A DNA stretch of 58,975 nt, taken from contig NC_068985.1 in the NCBI RefSeq assembly GCF_001194135.2, positions 42,642,618-42,701,592 on the forward strand, given 5' to 3'. Made by a program: the position numbers and the translations under genes. The notes below the pieces were generated by a model. The model saw only the letters and a list, made by a program, of their open reading frames with translations. It did no database searches and was not told the origin of the DNA. Of this stretch, positions 1-10,265 are shown in pieces. How positions within the stretch are numbered: position 1 is the first letter of the stretch; each line of letters begins with the position of its first letter. Source of the DNA: Octopus bimaculoides (lineage: Eukaryota).

Positions 1-28
1 ATATATATATATATATATATATATATAC

Positions 29-167
29 GACGGGTTTCTATCAGTTTCCGTCTACCAACTACCAAATCCACTCATAAAGCTTTGGTCGGCCCGAGGCTAT
101 AGTAGACGACACTTGCCCAAGGTGCCGCGCAGTGGGACTGAACCCGGAACCATGCCGTTGGGAAGCA

Positions 168-170
<3 letters not shown>
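29..170 (-). mobile_element. tRNA-derived SINE family A, 5' part
   Basis: Reverse complement of the head seen intact at 27508 (ggttc[c]gggttcagtcccactgcg..ccttgggcaagtgtc). Confidence 0.8.
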
Positions 171-198
<28 letters not shown>

Positions 199-309
199 TG
201 TATGTATGTATGTATACCGTATATATGCACGCGTGTGTGTTTGTGTGAGGATGAGGTGGGATGCACCACTTGACAAATGCTATTTTGTTTATGCCCTGTA
301 ACTTAGCGG

Positions 310-586
310 GGATATTTTCCCTTTGAACGGCAGATCGAGAAATTAATTTTTTTCGTAACTCTAACCCTAAAACCTCAACACTAACCCTAACCCTAACTCT
401 AAAACCCTAAGCCTAAAACTCTAAAACCCTAAAGCTAAAGCCAGTACACACGCACGAACGATGTCATAAATAACAATGACAAACGTTAGATGTTTTATAT
501 GACACATTCTACCAGTGTCCGAAGTTTGAAAATGTTTAGTTACAAAAAATTAATTTCTCGATCTGCCGTTCAAATGGAAAAGATTC
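310..586. mobile_element. Non-autonomous DNA transposon (MITE) with about 35-bp TIRs, 8-bp TSD and internal telomere-like repeats; Merlin-like
   Basis: TIR core tttgaacggcagatcgagaaattaattttt is mirrored at 545-575; TSD cttagcgg at 302-309 and 587-594; it splits a SINE copy; internal (c)taaccc variants at 358-430. Confidence 0.8.
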
Positions 587-1512
587 CTTAGCGGTTTGGC
601 AAAACAAACCAACAGAATAAGTACCAGACTTTAAAAATAAAATGTGAAATATTGTAAACACGTGATGTGTTGTAATGTTGTAAATACAGTCGACCTTCAG
701 GGGAAATATTCACAACGTTCATTCATGTAAACTATTTGATAAGCTAGTCTATTGTAACGTTTATCTATTATTAGTACAGTTCAACGCAGTGTGTAGGTAT
801 GTATGAGTGTGTGTATCTGTGTGTGCGTTTATGTGTGTGTGTGAGTGTGTGCTTGTGTATGTATGCATGTGTGTGTGTAGGTATGTATGGATGTGTGCGT
901 GTTCGTGTATTAGATGATACATAAGTAAACCGGAAATGTTGAAATATTTCTTATCCCTCGCTCTCTCGTTCTCTCCCTCTTACTTCCTCTATATCTCACA
1001 CACTCTATCTTCCACTCTCTTCTCACTTTTTCTGTTCCTCGTGTCTGCCGCTATTAGCATACACTCAAGTCTTACACACTTATTGCCTCTAACCCACGCA
1101 TTTTGAGTAACATACTCACGTGCACGCGCAGACACAAGACAGATACCTATACACACACACACATATACAATACTGCCCCAGCCAGTGTAAATCATTTGTA
1201 ACTGTTCATTTCCTAGTATTTACCCACTGGAATTTCCTGGAATCTGTTTCATACTGTGGTGGTGTTGGTGGTAGTGGCTTAGCTGACAGGGTAAAAGTGG
1301 CGACGTGATTATATAATGGCGGCAGTGACGGTGACAGTGATGGTGGTGTGCTGGTGCTGCTGGTGACGGTAGTGGTGGTAGTGATGATGGTGTATCTATC
1401 AAAGTGGTGGTGGAGCTACTAGTGCTGGTACTTGTGATTTTCCGTGAAAAATACCATGCAATGATTCACAGTATACGTGTGCTGCGAAGCACAAAGGATC
1501 TTACAAACTTGC

Positions 1513-1516
<4 letters not shown>

Positions 1517-1603
<87 letters not shown>

Positions 1604-1612
1604 GTGTGTGCG
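1517..1612. repeat. (GT)n microsatellite, representative of many (AT)n, (GT)n, (ATGT)n, (ACAG)n, (ATT)n and (CAT)n tracts
   Basis: Seen directly; other long tracts at 1-28, 169-214, 4698-4772, 15480-15645, 48395-48448, 57712-57800. Confidence 0.97.
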
Positions 1613-1972
1613 AGTGTGCAGATATGTTTATGTATGTGTTTATGCGTGCGTGTGTGTGCGTATGTGTATGTATAAATAGATGTGTGTGGATTTCGCGCGT
1701 GTGTGTGGATTTCCCCCGTGTCGAAGTTTCTTCTGCAATACCACATTACTATATCGTAAACACAAAATCTCAGAAATAACGCCAGTGACACATCAAAATT
1801 TCCTTCTGTTGCCGTCGATGAGGTTTTACCCAACAGGTCGGCAGCTGTTAGAACAAAAGGACAGTACTTTCTAAGAGATGCTTTTCTGGATATTTTTGTA
1901 TTGTAATAATACACTCAGTCTTACACACTTATTGTCTCTAACCCACGCATTTTGAGAAACATACTCATCTAT

Positions 1973-2295
1973 AAAGGCGTATGACTTAGAGGTTAGGGGT
2001 ATTCGGCTCACGATCATAAAGGTTGCGAGTTCAATTCCCGTTGGCATGTTGTGTCCTTGAGCAAGACACTTTATTTTACGTTACTCCAGTCCACCCAGCT
2101 GGCAAAAATGAGTAGTGCTTATATTTTAAAGGGCCAGTCTTGTCACACTTCGTGTCACGCTAAATCTCCTTAAGAACTACGTTAAGAGTACACGTGTCTG
2201 TGGAGGGCTCAACCATTTGCACGTTAATTTAACGAGTATGCTTTTCTGTTGATCAGGCCAGCTGGAAAACTTCTTGTAACTGATGGAGGGCCAGT
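1973..2295 (+). mobile_element. tRNA-derived SINE family D
   Basis: A-box-like ggcgtatgacttagaggttag, B-box-like gagttcaattccc, central gtgtccttgagcaagacact; a related reverse copy lies at about 21170-21340. Confidence 0.7.
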
Positions 2296-2679
2296 ATTTT
2301 TTTTTTAATACTCATCTACTCAAATTGAACTGTAACGGTAGGTGGTGGGGGAATAATCGTCATCGAGCTGCTTGGGTTTTGCATTTCTACCCTCTCTAGC
2401 ACAGTTGTGGGCAAACTGTGGCCCGCGGGACTTTATGAAAAAATTACCTTGTATTTTTATTATAGTACAGCCTGTCTGAGGAAAGGCCTTGTCTCATGCG
2501 ACCTGCTTCTCGAAAAAGGATGCCCATGCTTGACCTAGAATGTCTCTTGTCTGCACATAGCATACTGTGCACTAGCTCATTAAGGGTGGCGATAGTGGGG
2601 TAGGTCATGCACTAACTTACGCCACTTAAGGCAAATTCTTTGTATAGGTTAAGCAACCTGCACAAAGCGACATTTTCTT

Positions 2680-2860
2680 TTCCTTTTTACTTGCGGCCAT
2701 GCTGGAGCACCGCCTTTGGTCGAGCAAATCGACCCCAGGACTTATTCTTCGTAAGCTTAGTACTTATTTTATCGGCCTCTTTTGCCGAACCGCTAAGTTA
2801 CGGTGACGTAAACACACCAGCATCGGTTGTCAAGCGATGGTGGGGAACAAACACGCACAC
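2680..2860 (-). mobile_element. SINE family A, 3' half
   Basis: gcggccatgctggagcaccgcc..aaatcgaccccaggacttattc..gccgaaccgctaagttacg; CpGs retained. Confidence 0.8.
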
Positions 2861-3543
2861 ATACATACATGTGTGTGTGTGTGTGTGTGTGTGTATAAGA
2901 CTCACCATTCTTTGTCTTTATTCTCGTTACCAATGTATTCCTGACTTTTGCTCTTCTTACCTCTACATATGACTATGCATTCTGATGATGTCTACCACTA
3001 CAACTGGTAAACAGAAACGATCGTAAATGTATTATTACTTCCACTTTTCTTTATCAATTAATTAAATTAATGGCTTACTAGCGCAAACGACCAACTTCTT
3101 CCTGTTATTTTTCCTCCATTTTCTTCTTGCATATAATTTAAACTACGGTTTACCCGCTGAATTACCTGCTACCGTATACCTTTTTACTAAGGATTACGCA
3201 GGTAATCACCAGGAGCGCCTTTGGATTTAACCATCCTTTAGAGGTTTTAAACACCTCTAACTTATACCTATATATATATANNNNNNNNNNNNNNNNNNNN
3301 NNNNNNNNNNNNNNNNNNNNNNNNNNNNNNNNNNNNNNNNNNNNNNNNNNNNNNNNNNNNNNNNNNNNNNNNNNNNNNNNNNNNNNNNNNNNNNNNNNNN
3401 NNNNNNNNNNNNNNNNNNNNNNNNNNNNNNNNNNNNNNNNNNNNNNNNNNNNNNNNNNNNNNNNNNNNNNNNNNNNNNNNNNNNNNNNNNNNNNNNNNNN
3501 NNNNNNNNNNNNNNNNNNNNNNNNNNNNNNNNNNNNNNNNNNN

Positions 3544-3850
3544 CCTCGGGCCGACCAAAGCCTTGTGAGTGGATTTGGTAGACGGAAACTGAAAGAAGCC
3601 CGTCGTATATATGTATACATATATATATATGTATGTATGTGTTTGTGTGTCTGTGTTTGTCCCCCCAACATCGCTTGACAACCGTTGCTGGTGTGTTTAT
3701 GTCCCCGTAACTTAGTGGTTTGGCAAAAAGAGACCGATAGAATAAGTACTAGGCTTCCAAAGAATAAGTCCTGGGGTCGATTTGCTCGACTAAAAAGGCG
3801 GTGCTCCAGCATGGCCACAGTCAAAAGACTGAAACAAGTAAAAGAGTAAA
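3544..3850 (+). mobile_element. SINE family A (head lost in gap)
   Basis: Middle and tail of family A, ending gactgaaacaagtaaaagagtaaaaga. Confidence 0.85.
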
Positions 3851-4693
3851 AGAATATAGTTAAAAAAAGGAAAAAGACAAAAAACAACAACGAGAGGACG
3901 TGATACAGATTGTGTTACTAGACGCTCGGGAAAGGAGAATCATTGCAAGCATGAAGTGGATTCGATCCTAGATAGCCAACAGTTTACATTTGCCAGATGC
4001 CTTAGCTACGCCGAAATAATGTCTTCACCACTTGACCCTTCTAACCTCTAATGTGAGAGGGGGGAACGAAGGAACGAATGGAATGAACGAAGTAAGTGTG
4101 AAGGGGCTGATAGATAGAAGGAAAGAATGAAAGAATAGAAAGAATAATAGAGTCGTACAAAATTTAGATATAATATAAGAGACCAAAGTGTACGTACGCC
4201 GCTATATTTTTATATATAAAAAATACAAAATGGAACAAGAACGCAAAACATCCAGACAGTTAGGTGATACAAAAAAGGGACAACGAAACATCCAGACAGA
4301 CGATACAAAGAAAACAAGGACGGGTCATTCGGAGTTTTCTTTCTCCAATCGAGTTCCAGATTATCTTTGCAATTTCGGCTGGTTATACTTGAGATTGCTC
4401 CAATCTGGCCAGNNNNNNNNNNNNNNNNNNNNNNNNNNNNNNNNNNNNNNNNNNNNNNNNNNNNNNNNNNNNNNNNNNNNNNNNNNNNNNNNNNNNNNNN
4501 NNNNNNNNNNNNNNNNNNNNNNNNNNNNNNNNNNNNNNNNNNNNNNNNNNNNNNNNNNNNNNNNNNNNNNNNNNNNNNNNNNNNNNNNNNNNNCCAAAGA
4601 AAAACTAAGCTAAGAGCACTAGATTCCTTGGAAGAAAGCAGCGAATGTATACGAAAACAAGGACGGAAAAAATATTTCTGGTGTATGTATGCA

Positions 4694-4753
<60 letters not shown>

Positions 4754-4929
4754 CGTGCGTGCGTGCGTGTGTGTATAAATTATTGAATAAAGGAATGGGA
4801 ATAATCAACTTCATTAGCTTACAACAGTTTCTGATATAAGAAACAGTGCAATCAGAGCACTAGTCGACTGTTTGCTACGTTATCCTCACCACATTAGTCG
4901 ATTGTAAGATTGCAATGCGTGAACATCTC

Positions 4930-5270
4930 TACCTTTTTCTGTGGAGAGAGTGGAGATTGGGGAAGCGTGTGTGAGAATGGTTTCTCTTAAGTAATTGCGT
5001 TAAATTTTGGAAGTCAAGTTTCCAGATAAAGGCCTACCGGAAAGGAGAACGATACAAATGTTGGCCAAGAAGTGGCTCACTGCGGCATCAGTGCACAACG
5101 CCCCAAATCAAAGAGACCCTACAGTTCGAACGCCTGAAGTTATTCAGGACATTCGCCAAAGGATTAGTCGAAGTCCGAAAAAGCCAACATGTAAATTGGT
5201 GCAGCAGTCTCACATATGCAGGAGGTTGTTGCAACGGGTTTTGAAAAGTCTAACGTTGAAGCAGTGCTGG
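4930..5270 (+). pseudogene. Decayed N-terminal DNA-binding (HTH, DUF4817-like) region of a Tc1/mariner transposase
   Basis: FSVERVEIGEACVRMVSLK*LR*ILEVKFPDKGLPERRTIQMLAKKWLTAASVHN..TVRTPEVIQDIRQRISRSPKK; two in-frame stops, no catalytic domain. Confidence 0.65.
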
Positions 5271-6393
5271 ATTAACTTATAAGCAAAATAAGCACGTGCT
5301 TAGAGCACCAAAGAAAGAGGGGCACCATCTCTTCAACTTCTTCTATGGACGGTGGGTTGGCAGCCACACTGCCGCATAGCTGGATTTACCATTGAAACGA
5401 AGAAATGAATTAAATTTATAGCCATCTTCAAATTTTTATGCAAAATGACAAATTTCTGTTTATGAATATATAAAAAAAAATATGCCGTGGACGCAGATTA
5501 GAAGTTATACAAGTTTGAACACGTATAGTACGCGTTTGAATCAGCGCAAGTATCAGGTAGCCTGTAAGTTGTTAGATTAGTAGAAAACTGTCGCTGGTTC
5601 AAAGTGGTCTTCATTTCATGACGCGTCGCGCATGTCAATATATAGCACACTCAGCTCTGTTTGTCTTTTATGTTTAGTGTTCAATCTATTAAAATGATAT
5701 GAATCGTTTGCTTCATATATCATTTATGCCCACCAATTCATATAAGAATCATTATAATTCAATTTATCTCTGATTTGAGACATAAAAAGTATAAAATAAT
5801 CATGAAACAACGTAAGTGTTTAAAAGACCTATAATAAATTTAAATTATGGTTTTGGTAAAAATATTAATCTTATTTGCTATAAAAATATTTATTTTTGTA
5901 AACGAAAAAGAAAGCCTTTTTCTAGTAGAGATTTTAATTTTGCGAAATTTGTTAAATTTCCAAAACTATATCAAAATTTTTCTCTCTAACATTCCTTGGT
6001 ACATATTGTAATTTTTTATTTTAAACTTGTAATCTAATAAAATCATTTCACGTGTATAAATATATCATTTTTGTCAATGTATCAAATATGATGATTGATG
6101 CGTTGATCATTAGTGAATACTAAACGCAAATTCCTCCGTCACCTAATAATTTCATTTTGTATATTTAAATTTATCGCTATATAAAATACAAAAAGATAAC
6201 ATGTTAAATTTTTTTTAATTAATGTTTTCCACTTTTGTTTTCTGCTAGGTTAAACATTTAATGACCATTACAAATTTTCAATATTTTTCATTATTAAATT
6301 TGTTAGTAGCAAACTAATTTCGTTATTTGTCATACTAATTTTGCTCTTTTACCATTTTCTTTGCTCATTTTTAAATAGGTCATAATATATATA

Positions 6394-7810
6394 ATATATT
6401 CTTAAGTCCACCATTTCGTCAATCGCAGCAGCTTCCAAGCTTCACCACTAATTCAGTTCTCAACTAAATGGCAAATTGTTAATACTTTTGAAGAGGATAC
6501 CTCCTCAGCTACACTTTGGCATAAATAGTTTGAGATTTGGTTCAGTAGAAAAAAAGTTACATCAAAATATCTGCGACCTCAAGAGGGGCATTAAGGAAAT
6601 ATTCATCTTCAATTAACATGATTTTTTAAATTTTAAGTTAAAAGTATACTTTTCTTAGGCTTAAATGATAGAAAAATTCATGAGGAATTGAGAATCGCTA
6701 GTCGCATTGAACAAAAATTAGTAGAAAAAGACTTATGAGGTAAAATATTACGAAATTTCATGTCAGTAAGTAAGGAAGTAAGGGAGTAACGCTTATGCAA
6801 TAAGAACAAAGAATATATTTCTAAAATGAAGGTTTACATTCTAAACCGGCGAGCTGGCAGAAACGTTAGCACGCCGGGCGAAATTCTTACCGGCATTTCG
6901 TCTGCCGCTACGTTCTGAGTTCAAATTCCGCCGATGTCGATTTTGCCTTTCAGAGTCTATTAATTCACCGGACGAAATTCCTTGTGGTATATCGTCTATC
7001 TTTACATTTTTTGAGTTCAAATTTCGCCAAGGTCGACTTTGACATACCGATTGTTTAATTAATTTTTTTTAACTAAACACTTTCCGATACCGGTAAAATG
7101 TGTCACATAAAACAGGGTTTATTCGTAATGTTTTTTGGGGTTTTTTTACAAAATTTTGCGTTTTAGAAGCAGTATTTCATCTGTCTTTACCTTCTGAGTT
7201 CCAATTCCGTCGACTTTGCCTTTCATCCATTTTGGATCTATTCAATTAGACGTACAGATTATTTAATTAATTTTTTAAAACTAAACACTTTCAAACTTCC
7301 GATACTGGTAGAATGTGTCACATAGAACAGGGTTTACTCTTAACGTTTTTGACAAAATTTTGTATTTTAGAAGTTATTTCGTCAGAAGTTACAGAGTGAC
7401 AATGGACAATTTGTGTTTGATAAGTGCCAATACACGAAACTCTCAGCTTTTGACTTACTCTCTAGCTATATACATATTACATATATGTATAAAAGAATCT
7501 CATCACGCAATCGAACCAATGAAAGAGCCTCTACCTGGTCGCTCGACACGCCCAAAATAGCAGCCTACCTAAATCACACACCCATTGTACGTAATGTCCT
7601 AGATTATCCCTAAAAAGACGGTTTGCTGAAGGCTGGAATGTCCTTGAATATACGTTTGCAGTATCAGGGTTTATCTGAGGCTAAATAACAACATTATGGT
7701 AAATTTCTAAATTAACACCCACACGATTTTCACTAAGGAAAAACAAGTTTGGTTTTTTGCGTGAAATCAAGTATCCTGACCTCCTGATATATTGCAAATC
7801 CCTTATTTAT
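6394..7810 (+). mobile_element. Composite about 1.4-kb dispersed repeat, copy 1
   Basis: Collinear with the reverse complement of 33066-34480; contains a SINE-B head and a duplicated SINE-B/MITE-like module. Confidence 0.8.
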
Positions 7811-8192
7811 GTTCGGAAAAATGAGGTGGGGGTCCCCCCCCCAATCCCAGAATCATTGGAAATTTTTTCGTTGAATAAATTCCTGTGACCTCCTAATATT
7901 GCAAAATTAGGTTACTTAAGGTGAGCTTGGTAACTGATGGTTTTGGGGTTTTGTTGTTTGTAAATTTTGGTGAGCCATGGTGCAACCAACAACATGATAA
8001 AAATCCCTCCTATTAATTTGGTATGGATGCGTAATATCAAATAATTCAATCACAAAATATATTTAAATTGAACACAAAAAAAAATTGAAATATTATCATC
8101 ACTTACATGGAAAAATTGAAATATTATCATTACTTACATGGAAAAATTGAAATATTATCTTTCAATATTTTATAAAGTAAAAACTTAAATTA

Positions 8193-9482
8193 TTAATTGG
8201 CAACTAAGTTACCACCGTTTTTTTTATTAAAATTTTTTTAAAGTTTTAATAAAAAATAACGACTAATTTATCAATAATGTATTCACCTTTGTTGTTTACA
8301 ACTTCTTCCCAACGTTCAACAAGATTTTCAATACCTCGTTGTTAGAAATCACCCGATTTCGACTTGAAAAATTGATCCAACCAAGCTCTCAATTCTGCAT
8401 GAGTATTGAACGAAACTCCGCGCATAGCATTTGAAAGAGATCGAAAGAGGTGGAAATCCATTGGTGCTAAATCAGGAGAGTATGGCCAGTGTAGCAGCAC
8501 TTCCCAGCCATGTGTTTGAATGGCTTCCTTGGTGATTTTGGCGATATGAGAGCGGGCGTTGTCGTGCAGCAAAAGAACTCCATGCTGCCGATTAGGTCTT
8601 TTCTATTGAATAGCCGTGTTGAGTCGTTCCATTTGTTGAACATAGAGTTCCGTGTTGTCAGTTTGGCTCCATTTAAGCAATTCGTAATTTATAAACCCTT
8701 CCCAGTTCCACCATACGCACAGCATCGTTTTACGCGGATGAAGATCTTGTTTCACGCGCAGTGTCGCTTGTTTACGGGGCTAAGCCATTCCTTACGCCTC
8801 TTCATATTGATGTACAGGCACCATTTTTCGTCGCCAGTAATGATTCGGTAAAGAAATCGCTGCTAATGTCCATGAGTTGAGCGGTGATGAGCAAGCAAAC
8901 CAGCGGAGATTGTGGCTCATTGATTTTTGTTGTTGTCACTTAAAGTATGCGGAACCCATGCTCCATATTTCTGAAACTTTCCCATCGAGTGAAGATGCTT
9001 CTCTATAGCAGTTTGGGAGCATTTCATTTTCCCTGCCAGTTCCCTTGTCGTTTGACGAGAATTTTCGTGCAAAAGTTGGTTTAATTGCTCTTCATCGAAC
9101 TCAACTGGACGGCCAGAACGAGGTGCGTCTTTGAGGTTAAAATTTCCATTTTTTAACTTGGCATATCAATCACGAACGGTTCTTTCAGCTATGGCACCCT
9201 CCCCATACACAACACAAATGTCGCGAGCAGCTTTTGCGACCTAAGAACCTTGATTAAAAGCAAAAAGGAGTTGTCGAAAATACTCGTTTTTCTTGACTTG
9301 ACATTCCATTTTAATGATCTGAAAATAAAGAAAAATTAACTAAAATTAACTAGAAAATTAAAAACGAAATAGATTCCAAAATGGTTCAAAAATAGAATTC
9401 TCGAAAAAAATAGATTCCAAAATTTAAAAACGCAATAATTCCAAAATTAAAAAAAACGGCGGGAACTTAGTTGCCAACCCAG
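8193..9482 (-). mobile_element. Near full-length mariner (DD34D) element, defective transposase about 9309-8263
   Basis: TIRs (c/t)t..gttggcaactaagtt.cc.ccgttttttt at both ends with TA flanks; ITGDEKWCLY, LLHDNARSH-(34 aa)-YSPDLAPMDFHLF; several stops and frameshifts. Confidence 0.95.
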
Positions 9483-9499
9483 TATATAATATAATAATA

Positions 9500-9885
9500 C
9501 ATACATCACTTAATGTACACAGTATAAAGATAAGAGCTACTAATAGTTTTTTACTGTGAAGGCACGTGTGTAGGCAGGTTTTCATAACAGGCATTGTGTC
9601 TCCAAGCAATAGTCGAGCTCTGAGCACATAGTTTATTCTATTTGTAAACCAGGATACTAATGAGAAATCACAAGAAAAAACAAGAAAGTTAATGCAAAAT
9701 GTGGAAGAATGAATAAAAACGGAATTTATCCTTCCTTTTTTTTTCTGTTTTTATTCATCCTTCCACTATTTGCATCAACCTACTTCTCGTTTTTTCTTGT
9801 GATTTCTCATGTACCTTCGTCCTGATTTTCAAATAGAACGGACACGTAACTCCCATCTCTATACTGTGTACATTAAATGATATTT
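9500..9885. repeat. Imperfect fold-back (MITE-like) element
   Basis: ttaatgtacacagtata pairs with tatactgtgtacattaa; atgagaaatcacaagaaaaaac pairs with gttttttcttgtgatttctcat. Confidence 0.7.
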
Positions 9886-9969
9886 ATCTCTCCCTGGATG
9901 GAGTGTTTTTTGTTTTTTGTTGTTGATCTTGCCTTAACGGAACAGTAGACTATACATACATATACATAT

Positions 9970-10175
9970 CTTTTACTTGTTTCAGTCATTGACTGCGGCC
10001 ATGCTGGGACATGGCCTTGAAGGGCTTTTCAGTCTAACAAATCGACCCCAGGACTTATTCTTTTAAGCCTAGCACTTATTCAATTGGTCTCCTTTGCCGA
10101 ACCGCTAAGTTACAGGGACATAAACACACCAACACCGGTTGTCAAGCGGGGTTGAGGCAACAAGCACAGACAAAA
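9970..10175 (-). mobile_element. SINE family A, 3' half
   Basis: cttgtttcagtcattgactgcggccatgctg..gccgaaccgctaagttac. Confidence 0.8.
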
Positions 10176-10223
10176 AGATACACACACATAGATATATACA
10201 TACATATATGTATATGTGTGTGC

Positions 10224-10265
<42 letters not shown>

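Noticed and set aside
358-430. Telomere-like repeats as a sign of a chromosome end or fusion
   Set aside because: They are short, degenerate and enclosed within MITE TIRs.
2402-2535. hAT-like ends (gtgggcaaact..ggcccgcggg / aaaaggatgccca)
   Set aside because: TIRs too degenerate and no TSD found to call an element with confidence.
3162-3270. VFKTSKGWLN resembling the Tigger/pogo FKAS.GWL motif
   Set aside because: Only a short motif with no supporting flanking similarity, and it abuts a gap.
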